From Octopus vulgaris (Eukaryota): a stretch of 64,000 nt of DNA. The DNA is taken from the NCBI GenBank assembly GCA_951406725.2, contig OX597817.1, positions 7,502,001-7,566,000 of the forward strand, in the 5' to 3' direction. The notes under the pieces are model-generated. The model made no database searches. It was given only the letters and a program-made list of their open reading frames with translations, and had not been told where the DNA came from. Below, piece after piece: positions 1 through 13,349 of this stretch. How positions within the stretch are numbered: position 1 is the first letter of the stretch; each line of letters opens with the position of its first letter. Position numbers and translations under genes: made by a program.

Positions 1-571
1 TGCATGCAATAACAGACGTTTCAAGAACAATTTTCTTTCACTTATATCATTATATTCGATGGGGAAAAACATGAAAGTTATAACTCTTTCTCTCGCTTAA
101 AAATATCCCAGCTTTTATGTTTCTGCATTTAAACTATAACAATTCTCTTATGTTTACGGATTCCTGGTTTCCTTCTGTTAAAATGATTACATTTACTGCT
201 TATGGAAGAATCAAAGACAGGTGCTATTACACTATATTTACATTTTCCGGGAAAAATTATTGGATATCACAACTCTCTATTTCCCTTCGGTTGCTAAGGT
301 CTCTGGTTTCAAGCTTTTGCGAGAAAAAGAATTACATTAAAACTTTCATCTATAATCTACTTGAAAAATACTTGAACAGCATAACACCATTTCTATTCAC
401 ATAAAAACAGCGCAGGGTTTTCTTGCTCATATAATCGAATATAAATTTTCACCTACCAAAGCATGAACATCACAAATTCTTATTTCTGTTCAATTAGATT
501 ATCTCAGTTTTCATGTAAAAAAGGATTTATACGTTACATCCGCAGAAAACACCTGGGTAGAAGCATATACA

Positions 572-780
572 CTTTACCTTGTTTCAGTCGGCGGACTAAG
601 GCCATGCTAGAGCATTGCCTTGTAGGGTTGATCGAACAAATCGACCCCTCAACTTATGTTAAGTCTGATACTTATTTGATGGTCATCTTTTGTTGAACAC
701 CTGTGTTACAGTGAACATAAGCAAACCAACACCAGTTGTTAAGCGTTAGGAGGAACAAAGATAAGGACAAACGCATATAC
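572..780 (-). mobile_element. SINE family A, diverged 3' half
   Basis: Aligns by eye to the 3' half of the near-intact copies at 5948-6372 and 13090-13553 (gtttcagtc...ggccatgctagagca...tcgaacaaatcgacccc). Confidence 0.75.
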
Positions 781-796
781 GCACTTACATATACAT

Positions 797-839
<43 letters not shown>

Positions 840-843
<4 letters not shown>

Positions 844-1417
844 CATGCGGGAAGTAAATAGGCCCATTTAATTTTCAAAATCTTTCATCTGATATTAATT
901 GGTTGACGGAAAGGTTTTCTTCTAACTGCTTGTGCATAATACCCAAGCCTATGTGGGTTCTTATTTCTTTGTCCTCGGAATTAACACACGTTCTTGGACT
1001 GACTTCTAGCACTTTTGTAATGTCAGAATCCTTTGAATGGGTTCTTTTTCCACAATTCTCTGCAAACAGCGAAGCTTCCTTTACGAGGGCCCAGGTGGGC
1101 CGGGATGAGAGTCTTTTGATTCTTTACCTTGGCTTTTGAATTGCACTATAATTCTATTAGCAGTAGCAAGAGGAATTTGAAGATTTTCGGTAATTTTTCG
1201 CTGGCTAAGACCAGCCTCAGATTGCCCAACAATACGACCTCTTTGAAAATCTGACAGTTCTGCTGAAAATTTCTTGCGTGGCATGGTTACTCTTTGCAAA
1301 TGTTGAATATAATGGCACCTGGAATGAAAAACAATAATTACATTGTAAATTCTACACCGCTGAAAACATATTAAGTAGTTTAGATAAGAAAGTTTGAAAA
1401 TTAATGGTGTTTATTTA

Positions 1418-1420
<3 letters not shown>
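840..1420 (-). mobile_element. Tc1-like DNA transposon, internally deleted; N-terminal HTH of the transposase only
   Basis: ORF 1081-1299(-) [46 protein letters not shown] is a paired-like HTH. The frameshifted continuation reads RLGYYAQAVRRKPFRQPINIR (Tc1 RRKP motif). Imperfect inverted ends at about 840-890 and 1380-1420, embedded in (TA)n. Confidence 0.85.
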
Positions 1421-1464
<44 letters not shown>

Positions 1465-1544
1465 GCACACACACACACATATATATCATACACACACACA
1501 CAAACACATATATGCATATGTGTACCATGGGATGTTACATAGTT

Positions 1545-1680
1545 CATTCATACACAAGGAATCGCCCAGAAGGCCTAGGCCGATTAGGGACACTAGAAGT
1601 TGACCATTTGGTCAAAGTGCCGCACAGTTAAACTGAACACAAAGTCGTTTGCGAAGCAAACTTCTTAACCACACCGCCAC
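1545..1680 (-). mobile_element. SINE family A, diverged 5' (tRNA-like) half
   Basis: caaagtgccgcacagt..aactgaac...gaagcaaacttcttaaccacaccgccac matches the head of family A in antisense. Confidence 0.6.
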
Positions 1681-2643
1681 ATGTAGATCACAAATTCATA
1701 TTTCCTTTTATTGCGAATCTCTCGATTTCTACATGGGTAAAAAAAACTTCACACCACCTAGATGACTTAGGCTTTTGAGAAACGCATGGTTGTTACAATT
1801 CCAATTTCCTGTTTTCATTGAAATAAAAGTTAGTTTGTAAATCTGCTACCAAAGTAATAAATCATATTTTAGTGTGTTTAAAGGATGTAATCATATTGCT
1901 TTTTCCGAATTTTGATTTTTTTAATTTGTTTTGTGGCGTTATTTCTTTCATGAAGCCTAAATGAAAATGTTTCATTTAAATATTCATTTAAATAAATTCA
2001 AAAGAACACTAAAAAAAATTAGTATTGTTATTTTATATTATTTATACGTTTGATATTATTATTTTGGTTTTTTTTTTTCCGCCGCCTCGATTCATCCCAT
2101 TATTTTCCATTTTTTGTGCAGTTAATGTATTCAATTTTAGAGTTTCATTAGTATAACGCCGAAATGAATGAAAAATAAATAATAAAAGAATAAAATTTAA
2201 AAAACACATAAAAGAAAGCAATACAAAAATCATAAAAGAAAAAAGCAAGTCAACGAAAGACAATAAAAAAAGTTTGACAATGTCTACTGTTGTGTGCGAA
2301 AGTGTGTGTGTGTGTGTGTGTCTGTATGTGTGTGTGTATGTATCTATGTCTCTGTATGTATGTGTGTGCGCGCGCGTGTGTGTGTGTGTGAGTATGGTGA
2401 GAAATGAGAGGGTGTTAGTGAGTAAAATGAAAAATCTATTTCGAGAGATTTACCACTTTTCGAAACTAGTTTTTGATTAGTCTACAGCATCGATACGCAT
2501 TGTCAAATGGTTATTGACCTGAGCGAAAATGTCCGGTGTCCAGTCTGTAATTGTAGTGTGTACCTACCTCGGAAAACATTTCATTACGTATTCTTTCACT
2601 CAATATTTGTAAACAGTAATTGTCATTGACTATTACTGTTTAC

Positions 2644-2799
2644 TGGCGTGGTTACTTTTCGCAAATGTTTAATTTAATGGCACCTGGAATGAAAAAGAAT
2701 AATTACATTGTAAATTCTACACTGATGAAAACATATTAAGACGCTTAGATGAGAAATTTTGAAAATTAAAGGTGTCTATTCACTTCCTGCATGCCCGTG
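2644..2799 (-). mobile_element. Second copy of the same Tc1 5' end with a complete TIR
   Basis: Direct repeat of about 1278-1420 (aatggcacctggaatgaaaa..aataattacattgtaaattctacac). Ends ...cacttcctgcatgcccgtg followed by TA. Confidence 0.8.
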
Positions 2800-2811
2800 T
2801 ATATATATATA

Positions 2812-3056
2812 GGATTAGCCTTGGCATTAACGGTAGAACTAGAAATGTAGTCTACTGCATAAGGTGCATAGAAGGTGCTTGTAAAGACAGGAACATGACA
2901 TACATAGGGGAGACATCTAGGAGCATTGCAGAAAGACTAAATGACCATTTGAGACAATATGACGAGAAAATGATTCTCCAGACACAACAGGATATGCTTA
3001 ACACACGATCACACAAAGAATATTGCAAACTAAATCCAAAAACGACATATATATAG
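2812..3056 (+). mobile_element. Penelope-like retroelement fragment, GIY-YIG endonuclease
   Basis: RTRNVVYCIRC...TYIGETSRSIAERLNDHLR: VVY..YIG motif followed by the conserved R and H. Confidence 0.8.
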
Positions 3057-3290
3057 TTTCTTTTTAATGTGTATTATTTTTTAATGTGTTTTATTTAGGA
3101 TAGAAAGTTTCAGCAAAATATTAATAATAAAGTCGTTTTAATGTGTGTTTTTTTTTAAGTATATTATTTAGTATAGAAATTTTTAATACAATATTAATAA
3201 TAATATATTTAAATTTATATTATAGTATAAATAGTATCTTTCAATATTAATTGAATTACTTTATGGAGGTTCTATCTCTTAATTCTGTGT

Positions 3291-3326
<36 letters not shown>

Positions 3327-3399
3327 GTGTGTTTGCGTGTGTGTGTTTGCATGTGTTCGTGTGTGCGCGCGTGTGTGTGTGTGAACATATACATATACA

Positions 3400-4238
3400 C
3401 AGGGTATGATGAATAAAATGTCGTCTAAATTACGCAAAATAGAAATTAACACTGACATCTCATTTTAACATATATATTTACCAAAATTACATAAAAACGT
3501 CTCGTAATATTAAAATCGCCATTGGCTTCAACGACAGCTTCCAGATGACTTTGGAATCTCCTGCTACTTTTCTGGAGGTTTATTTGTTTATGTTGGTGAA
3601 TGCTGGCATAATCCTTGCCTTTAGTCCATCTTAGGTGTTACAAGGAGTTTTGTTAGCCGCTCAACTGCACCCCACACATAATAATGGAGGATATTGCAGT
3701 CTGGTGGCCAGATGTTAGGGCTGACGTAGTGTCTGAAATTGTCTGGTAACCATACCTGGGATTCTCCTGCTTTTGTGACATGGTGCAGAGTCCTGTTTCC
3801 AGATATAGGGCCTTTCAGCAGCCACGCTCTTCATCCAGGGCAGCATTACCTCCTCCAGGCATTTGATGTAGGCTTCCGTGTTGAGTGTAATGTCGTGTAG
3901 GAAGATAATTGGAGGCATGACGTCGCGATCACTAGCGATCCCTCCAAGCACCATGATGTTTGATTTTTACCACTCCCAGTACATGCTTTGGGGACACGCT
4001 GTCCTCAGATTGACGCCCCAACACTCTGAAATGTTCGTATTGGAGCTTGCGGCTCGAATGCCAAGCAGTGCAGCATGTCGTTTCCAAATTCCAAGCAGAG
4101 TTATTTGCGTCATGGGGCTGCTTTTCTCACAGACGGGGCCCAACTGACCTTACTATACTCTGTAGTAGACAAAATTGAAAACAAACAATGCGCGAAATGA
4201 AAAATGTAAAGTGGCGATAATTTACCCATCGCACCCTA
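3400..4238 (-). mobile_element. maT/DD37D-like Tc1-mariner transposon, internally deleted, degenerate transposase C-terminus
   Basis: Imperfect TIRs: cagggtatgatgaataaaatgtcgtc versus the reverse complement of ggcgataatttacccatcgcaccct. ORF 3715-3954 (MPPIIF..LNTEAYIKCLEEVMLPW..PYIWKQDSAPCH) continues after a frameshift as PNIWPPDCNILHYYVWGAVE. The DD37D assignment rests on motif resemblance because the last motif is partly deleted. Confidence 0.8.
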
Positions 4239-4248
4239 TGTGTGTTTA

Positions 4249-4301
<53 letters not shown>

Positions 4302-5037
4302 TACATAAACAGTAACATCATCCCCTGTGGGACCGGCACATTTAGGTAGCAAATACACTTCACGATATATATATATAAGAATTTTTTGCGTAATAAGATA
4401 AAAAAACAAACTATATATATATATATAGGCGGACACATAGCCAGATGAGAAACGCCAAGTGTATATCACCGGATTTACGACAGCTGAAGAAGTGTGGCGG
4501 TCATCATATTGATTGTTGTCACACAAACCCGAAATCTTTTACGTAAAACATAAATATATGGATATATGTAAGAGGATCCTTGCTAGAGATGAAGCTCAAA
4601 GTGCCAGAAATATCTATTTAGCAATACAACCGACGTCGCTGGAAGATTTTCATCTACCGCTGATAACGTTTTGTGATTTTAACTGTATCATACTTAACGC
4701 AATTATATTGTTGAGAGCCATCAAACTTTCGCTTTTCGTCTCGAGAGATAATCTCTTATTTGTGTATAGTGTTATTTGTAATGCTACACGTCTATATGAG
4801 ATACTTTCTTGAGACAAATACCGCAGTTTAGTAGGAATTCAGTAATATATCTTCTTTAATGTGTAATATATAGATTGCTATTTTGAACTAATATTGCTCC
4901 CGTCGCTAATAAAGACTATAAATATACACACCTACTCATACACACACACACACACACACGTCTATTTTTCCCTTCTCTGTGTATACATACATACAATTAT
5001 ACATATATACTTTTTATGTATAGAGATATAGATTGAA

Positions 5038-5070
<33 letters not shown>

Positions 5071-5947
5071 AAGAGTGTGTGTGTGAGAGAGAATTGCTTG
5101 TCAACTGTATAAAATGTCAGTAGTGTATTAAACTACAAAATATATATATAATATAGAGTTAGCTCTTCAAAGCCATGTACGCTCTTATAATACTTTTTAA
5201 AATCTTTTGACAAATGATGTATTTTATAGAGGTGATATAATCATTTTTATCACACTTGTCATGTTGAATATTCGCTAATACACGTACATATATTTCTTTA
5301 TCATTATTATTAAAAAATATAAATTTTCAAGTGGTTACATATTTACATACATACGCTCACATACTCGTCAATATATGCAAATGTGTGTTTGTGTATGGGA
5401 ATATGCATGCATGAATGTGGATGTTACAAAAATAGAGTGAGATTGGGGAAGGGTGCGTTTATGTTCTTGAGAATTTATATTTTTAAGTAAGAATGACTTT
5501 GATACATCTATCGTCGTATTAGTCGCATTTTTATTTCAAGTTTAACTCGACAAGTGTTATAATGATGTCTATATCATTTCGATAACGAAACAGTGACAAG
5601 TGTGATAACAATATTTATTTCTCTTTCATAAAGAAACACAACATTTGTCAAAAGTTTTTACAAAATTTCCGATGTCGTTATAGATTTGAGAATCTAACAT
5701 CTAAAATATAAATGTGTCTGTGTATGTATGTATTTGTGTGTGTAAATCCGTGCATATCTAGTCATTTGAATCTCGGACCATTGCTGGATTGTAGAACAGA
5801 ACACAGAAATGTATGCACATAGAAAACATTCTACAGTCAAAAGTTATGTCTAATTAGTTGACCGAGTGTCCTCTTTGAATTTATACTGAAGATGCAATGC
5901 TTAATAACGGTGGAAATGGTTATAAAAAACATCTTCCATTCTACAGT

Positions 5948-6372
5948 TTACTCTTGCTCTTTACTCTTTTACTTGTTTCAGTCATTTGACTGCGGCCATG
6001 CTAGAGCACCGCCTTTTAGTCGAGCAAATCGACCCCGGGACTTATTCTTTGTAAGCCTAGTACTTATTCTATCGCTCTCTTTTGCCGAACCGCTAAGTGA
6101 CGGGGGCGTAAACACACCAGCATCGGTTGTCAAGCAATGCTAGGGGGACAAACACAGACACACAAACACACACACATACACACACATATATATATATATA
6201 CATATATACGACGGGCTTCTTTCAGTTTCCGTCTACCAAATCCACTCACAAGGCATTGGTCGGCCCGAGGCTATAGAAGAAGACACTTGCCCAAGATGCC
6301 AGGCAGTGGGACTGAACCCAGAACCATGTGGCTGGTTAGCAAGCTACTTACCACACAGCCACTCCTGCGCCT
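5948..6372 (-). mobile_element. SINE family A, full length (tRNA-like head, CORE-like motif, internal (TA)n(TG)n, 3' module, AAGAGTA-type tail)
   Basis: Minus strand begins GGCGCAGGAGTGGCTGTGTGGT (A box) ... GGTTCAGTCCC (B box), then CTTGGGCAAGTGTCTT. More than 10 related copies in the window. Confidence 0.92.
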
Positions 6373-6914
6373 ATGATCATATAAGTTTGCATATGATCAT
6401 ATAAGTTTCATCCATCGGATTTAGGAAAGTGGTGATACTGATGAGGAGAATTTACAGGCGGTGGTGGCGACAGAAGAGGAGGAGGAGGAGGAAGAATTGA
6501 GTTGGAAAGTAAATGTTACACGCTTACTGACACAGGGAGAACAGCTTTCAAAATAACCTGGACATCGTATTTCCTAAATCATAAATCTTACAACTTCGCT
6601 TCTGTCTGATGGCATCAGTAGAAATGATCGCATATCAATGGATGCAATTACGATTATAACCCTCACTCCTTCTATCGTATAAAAAATTCGCAAAACGAAA
6701 ATATGAAAGACATCTGTTCTTTGATAGGAATATAATTGCTTTTCCACCCGTGATAGAAAAAAAGAAGATTTTCTATCTAATGGAGATAAATTCATAAAAA
6801 TCTGTCTGAAAGTGTTTCTTTAACCACACCGTTATCACCACCACATCCAGCGTCACTGCCACTTCCACAACCACAACACATACAGTACAAAATAAAAAAA
6901 GGTTTTTACATTTT

Positions 6915-7092
6915 AGCTGGAACGTCTAGAAATAGCAGCAAATCTGCCTCAAAGCACGTCCTATTTCTGCGGAGAAAGAAGACCACTAGGCAATGTATTC
7001 CTATATACATAAAAATCGTGATGGTACTTGCTGGAATACCTTTGATTATATGTATGCTCAATCAGGGTTGATATTGGATGAAGCAAATAACA
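6915..7092 (+). repeat. Old dispersed repeat of about 190 bp (ctagaaatagcagccaaat family)
   Basis: Diverged relatives at about 8330-8485(-), 43110-43305(-), 45935-46120(+), 47365-47515(+) and 52815-52990(+). They share gaaatagcagccaa, gctggaat..tttgatcata and an (AAC)-rich end. Confidence 0.6.
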
Positions 7093-7489
7093 TCTCTCTC
7101 ATAATCATCACCAGCAGTCTCACCATAGATTCCATTACTATAATTATTATTAATTCCTGGTGTGATTGGGAATCGATCCGTAACGCCAACTTAAATCCAC
7201 ACAGTGCGAACAGAATATAAAACAGCGGTCAATTTATGGCGATTTCAGTAGCCCATTACACGAAAGCGAAAGCTTAATTGCTGTTCAAGAAATTTACGTA
7301 TTGACAACTAATCAAATTCATATACACGTCAAATTTTCCGTTTGTTGAATTTTTATTTTAATCCTGAAGATACACACATATATATATGTGTGTGTGTGTG
7401 TGTGTAAATATAGGTAGATATATAGATAGATTTAAACATTAAATGAGTGTATATAAACACACACGTGAGTGTATAAGTACACGTATACG

Positions 7490-7556
<67 letters not shown>

Positions 7557-9048
7557 CTTGGTTTGTTATATGTAAGGCAGACAGAATTTTCCTCTGCAAA
7601 CATTTGGTAAACATTAAATTCTACTGATCCCTAAAGGTGTGTAGTGTAAACTTTTATTAGGGTAGTGGATATCAATAAAATATACACGAAAACAATATGT
7701 TTAAGCATGCATTTATGATGTGTTTATAACTGTAGCTATAACATATTTTTCTTCAGGGTTGTTTGAGCAAATCTAGAACCCCCTATTCCTGATGCAATAT
7801 TATCCATGAAATATTAAGTAGTTGAAGAACCGAGCAACCAAATTCTAGAGAAATCTGATTTATTTTGCGCTGAATATTTTCTTATTAAATCAGCGAATTC
7901 GGAGGTGGTCTCAGTTTTGCGTTCTCCCTAAATGGACAGGCAGGATGAATGGGGGAAGTTATTAACAGGCTCGGCGATCTAGACAGAATGTATGCAGCAT
8001 GTTTTCTACGTTATTCTGTTAATGGCCCCTAAGGACTAGCTAGTGGTGTGAAACGCACAAATTAAGTCTATCAACCAAGTACATTAACGGCTCCTTCCAA
8101 AGGATCTCTAATATGTTTCCTTCGAGCAAATTTCACACAGACTCACTACGTAATGAGCAGGTGAGGTCGAACCTGAAACAATCTTAGTCGCGAAGTAAGC
8201 TTATTAGTCACGCAACCATGACAGTGCCCGTGTGGCCTTTTAACAGCAATCTCAGAACATTTCAATAACTAGGACCAACGATTCTGCAAGCATGCTCCCT
8301 TATTTGTCCTTAAATAATAGAAAATACTGATTATTGTCGAGACCAGATCAATCTTGATTTAGCTGACATATAACCCAAGTATTCCCGGTCAAGATAAAAA
8401 GGCTTGTTTTGTATATCTAGATGACATTTTTTAGGCTGTAATGTGTAAGTTTATAAACATTTGTAACTATTTCTAGCAGATGAAGTGTACACATAAAAAT
8501 CTCTTGCTCTATTGATCAACCTCTGTCTAGAAGTATGTTGTCAAGCCGAGACAGAATACAAATACCTTTTCTTTTAGATTTCGTTTATAGGTATAGTTAG
8601 TCTCTCTAAACTTATTTACCTTCAGTTTTGTGAATAACAGTTTGTTATTTTCTCTTTTATAAGATAGAGAGAGCTGTCATTTCAGTAATCAGTTGCCGTG
8701 TTAAAATTGAAAACCTTCAATATTCTCCACAGAATACATACACAAATTTATGATTAAGGATATTGGCTTTTCGTTTCTTCGCTGTTTTGCTAAGTGCTAG
8801 ATCTGTCATGCAAGATTTTCACTAAACTAATTCCCCCCTCTCTGTTTTTTTTTTTTTTTTCAATTCTGCCTATATACACACAAAAACTCAGATACACATA
8901 CGCAATTTAGCAACTGTTATACATATACATACATGTTTATAAAAACTTATATCTAAAAAATATATACAAGGTATTTCCGTGCCGTTGTGTATTTGTGTTT
9001 GTGAGTGTGCGTATGCATATGCACATACATATATATGTGTATATGTAA

Positions 9049-9110
<62 letters not shown>

Positions 9111-9148
9111 TGTATATACGTAAGTATACAGGTATGTATGTATCTTAT

Positions 9149-9233
<85 letters not shown>

Positions 9234-9868
9234 CAGATAGATATGTATATATAAGTATACATATATATATATATGCATATAAGTAATATATATAAAATAT
9301 TATATACTATAAATACATTGTACATATATATAATATATATATAAACACGTATATAAACACGTATAGACACGCCCAAATTCACACACCGACACACACACAC
9401 ACACAAACATACACGAGGAAAGGCATATACATATATACCTACGGATGTGCACGTGCGTGTATCTGTATGTATGTGCATGCTCACTGAAAATGAAACTACC
9501 TGTTGACACATACACATACACACACGTACAGATACAAAGAAACGGAGGATACACAGACACATACCCGCATGCACATATATGCATATACATGCGCGCACAC
9601 TGTCGCTCACACACACACAGATATCCACTCGAACAAGCTTTTTGCTTTCATGCGTCTGTCTGTATGAATGAGGTAGAGTTTCCCTTCGTGTGTATGTGTG
9701 TGAGTGTGTTTGTGCTTGTGTTTGTGTTTGTGTTTGTGTGTGTGTGTGCTTTTTGTCTGAGAGTTGGATCAATATCAAATAGACTCAGACGTCCTAAAGT
9801 GATTTTTTTTTATTCGCCAGTGCGTTAATATTTTCTTTCTCTTCCTCTTTTTTTTTCTCTCTATATGT

Positions 9869-10285
9869 AAGATGGCGAGTTGACATAATTGTTACGGCGT
9901 CGGGCAAAATACGCGGCGGAATTTCGTCCGTCTTCATGTTCTGAGTTTAAATTCCGCTCAGGTCGACTTTGTCTTTCATCTTTTAGGTTTTCGACATCGA
10001 TAAAACAAGTACCCGCGAAATTGCTGGTTATGTGCCAAAATTCGAACTAAAATTTTCTTTTCATGTAAGGCGGCAAACCGGCAGAAGTTTTTAGCGCGCC
10101 GGGCAAAATGCCTAGAGGGATTTCGTCCTTCATAGCGTTCAAAAACGAAATTCCGTTGAGGCCGACATTGCCTTTCATTATTTAGAAGTCGATAAAATAA
10201 GCTCCAGTTGAGAACTCCGGTCGATATAATCGACGAGCCCTCTCTCCCGATCTTACTGGGCTTGTGCCAAAATGTGTATTCAATA
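9869..10285 (+). mobile_element. SINE family B (tRNA-like head plus Deu/Nin-like domain), two head-to-tail copies
   Basis: Each unit reads ggcgagttg/ggcaaaccggcaga...gggcaaaat..atttcgtcc...gttc..aaattccg..gagg(t/c)cgac.ttg(c/t)ctttcat...tcgataaaa.aagtacc. Units start at about 9869 and 10067. Confidence 0.8.
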
Positions 10286-10376
10286 TTTTCTTCATATGTT
10301 GTTCGCATTAAATTCCCTTCCACTATACATACTATGTTCAAAATATATATCATTATTATACCGATATATATATATA

Positions 10377-10543
10377 CACGACAGGCTTCTTTCAGTTTCT
10401 GTCTACCAAATCCACTCACAAGGCTTTGTTTGACCCAAGGCCATAGTACACGACACTTGCCCAAGGTGCCACACAGTGGAACTGAACCCGGAACTATGTG
10501 GTTGGGAAGCAAGCTTCTTACCACACAGCCACTCCTGCGCCTA
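10377..10543 (-). mobile_element. SINE family A, 5' half
   Basis: Near-identical to 6207-6372. Confidence 0.9.
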
Positions 10544-11146
10544 TATATGAGTGCGTGTGTGCGTACCATATAAATGTATAAGATATAAAACTTATATTTT
10601 TATGTACTAAACATACATACATATGAATATATACATAAGTGTGTGTGTGTGTGAGTGTGCACGCTCGCGTATGTGTGTATGCATATATTCTTGATGTACG
10701 TACTTATGTATTGGTATGCGATCTTTTAATTAGAAAATAAACTAAACTAAGTAAAATAGCTCGAGAGAGCGACTGGCATGAAGTTAGATATATTAAAGAG
10801 GCGATGATCTTAATGTCGTAGGAATATATGTCTTACTTAACTGAAATTATCACGTGGCCTGGAAGAAGAAATCAAAATCCCCAGCGGTAATTTCTATTCA
10901 ATCACAAAGAATAAGAGTTGTTAATAATTTATTTCATATTCTCGTATGCATTCGACAATTAAGACAAATTTTAATCAATCGAGAAATTTCGCACAGGGCA
11001 TTCAGTACGTTGTTCCTTTGAATTAATTCATACACACATACTTAAATACATTCATACGTATATGGATATATATGTCTGTGTGTCGGGGAGAGTGACCGTA
11101 TGTGTGCGTGTGTACGTTTGCATGTGTACATGTGTATATATATATA

Positions 11147-11420
11147 CTTTGATACTTTGATACTTTGATAGGTTTCGGCCATTATTGGCCCAGGCCATGT
11201 CTAACTTAATAGCACCACCTTTCAAGTCAGAATTTGGGCACTATGGCCCACTCAAGTAGAGAGTTATTGTTTACAGAGACATATCCGGGTGTAGGGGGTT
11301 TATCCGGGATTTCTTGAAGGAATCTGTCCAAAGATTTCTTGAACCCTATAGGGTCAGTTTCTGTTTTAATGTGTTTTGGTGTAATGTTAAAGAGAGCGGG
11401 GCCAATTGAGGTGAAATAAT
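11147..11420 (-). mobile_element. CR1-like LINE 3' end (ORF2 C-terminus, 3' UTR, (TATCAAAG)n tail)
   Basis: Minus strand translates YFTSIGPALFNITPKHIKTETDPIGFKKSLDRFLQEIPDKPPTPGYVSVNNNSLLEW. Same family as 38690-39108, sharing aggtggtgctattaagttagacat. Confidence 0.85.
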
Positions 11421-11426
11421 ATATTT

Positions 11427-11558
11427 ATTTATTTTATAGAGGGAGCTTCTACAGGACTAGAACTGTTTCATTCAGATGAAATCTTCAGGAAGCTTCCTGA
11501 AGATTTCATCTGAATGAAACAGTTCTAGTCCTGTAGAAGCTCCTTCTATAAAATAAAT
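11427..11558. repeat. 132-bp palindrome (66-bp arms, no loop, 1 mismatch) containing an HHR-like motif
   Basis: ...cagatgaaatcttcaggaag|cttcctgaagatttcatctg..., centre at 11492/11493. Confidence 0.95.
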
Positions 11559-11697
11559 TACTTTACTCTGCAATGTATTGAGTACCTTATTTACTGTGGT
11601 TAACCCCGACTCAACCCGGGACCTACATATATATATATATATATATCATATACCGGCTATATAATATGTATATATGTATGTATATATGCATGTATGT

Positions 11698-11762
<65 letters not shown>

Positions 11763-12523
11763 AGTTGTCACACATATATATATACAGTTGATCTGTTATG
11801 AACATAGTAGAATACAGTATAAAACTCGCCCCTCTTCAGATTTTACCTTTGCTATCCAGATAACTGAAAAAAGTTGGAGTCAACAAGAAAGAACATATAT
11901 TTTCAATCACCTCAATTGTTTCCACGTAATTTTCCAGGCGTCCAAGTATTTGGTTATGCCGCAGTCTCCCTACATTATGAGATCTACTTGTGTTTTTTCA
12001 GACGTAAGTTCAAATTCTCGGCTTCAAGAGCATCCTCTCTGTCGTGGCCTGAAGTTAGTAGTGGCTGCTATATGTTTGCGTATATGCATTATATGTATAT
12101 ATATGCGTGGTGTGTGTGTATGTGTGTTTGTGTGTGTGTGTGTGTGAAAAAACTGTAAAACTTCTCCAGTCTTTAAGCTTATCTCATGCAGATGACTTAT
12201 GTTCCCCCTGGCTTTTGTCGCTTTTAATGGTGAAAACCCAGCCCATATTCGGATGTGGGGGATATAATTTTCTAATATTATTTCTTCGCATTGTGAAAAC
12301 CTACAATTAAATTCAGAACCAGATTTGAGTGAAAACCTCCTAAATTAAAACCTACGTGTGGATTCACTTAACACTCTCCACATCTGAATCCAACACAGTG
12401 CTTCATTTAACATCACCATCCCTCTCCAGCCAATCATCCTCTATTCAGTTATTCAATCTGCCAGATATAACAACTGAAACTCCCCAAAACCACTCCATAT
12501 TGTCCCCAAAACTATATACACAT

Positions 12524-12940
12524 TGACTATGTGGTAAGGAACTTGCTTTCCAACCACATGGTTCCAGGTTCAGTCCCACTGCGTGGCACCTTGGGCAACT
12601 GTCTTCTACTATAGTCTCGAGCCGACCAAAGCCTTGTGGATGTATTTGGTAGACGGAAACTGAATGAAGCCCATCGTATGTATATGTGTGTGTGTGTGTA
12701 CATGTGTGTGTATGTGTGTGTGTGTGTGTCCATGTGTGTATCTAAGTATGTGTGTCTGTGTTTGTCCCACTCCACCGCTTGACCACTAGTGTTGATGTGT
12801 TTACGTCCCCATAACATAGCACTTTGGCAAAAGTGACGATATAATAAGTACTGGGATCAATACATTCGACTATAAATTCTTCAAGGCGGTGCCCCAACAT
12901 GGCCGCAGTCTAACGACTGAAACAGACGAGAAAAAAGAAA
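12524..12940 (+). mobile_element. SINE family A, near full length
   Basis: tgtggtaagg..ggttcagtcccactgcgtggcaccttgggcaa.. (TG)n ..ggcggtgccccaacatggccgcagtc..gactgaaaca. Confidence 0.9.
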
Positions 12941-13089
12941 TATATAGAAATCGACACGATGCCGATGGTTAGAACTTCTTTGATACTTAGTCTTCGGAAT
13001 CAAGTCTGTCCTTATTGCTAAGCAACAACCCATCATTAAGCAGAGTTCACTTTCGAAGAAATATTCGTCTAGGGCTGGGTCCTACTTGA

Positions 13090-13308
13090 CTTACTCTTTA
13101 CTCTTTTACTCTTTTACTTGTTTCAGTCATTTGACTGCGGCCATGCTGGAGCACCGCCTTTAGTCGAGCAAATCGACCCCGGGACTTATTCTTTGTAAGC
13201 CCAGTACTTATTCTATCGGTCTCTTTTGCCGAACCGCTAAGTTACAGGGACGTAAACACACCAGCATCGGTTGTCAAGCAATGCTAGGAGACGAACACAG
13301 ACACACAA

Positions 13309-13349
<41 letters not shown>

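Noticed and set aside
117-404. 95-aa plus-strand ORF of ordinary complexity
   Set aside because: No recognisable motif or convincing splice sites; cannot be supported from sequence alone.
6137-6376. Recurrent peptide [33 protein letters not shown] (also at 10208, 12527, 15116, 59468)
   Set aside because: It looks like a gene family but is the antisense reading of the SINE family A head.
6574-8805. Possible minus-strand exons near 6668-6806, 7815-7928 and 8742-8803
   Set aside because: Individual splice-like sites exist, but there is no consistent phase chain or homology, and chance matches are common at this composition.
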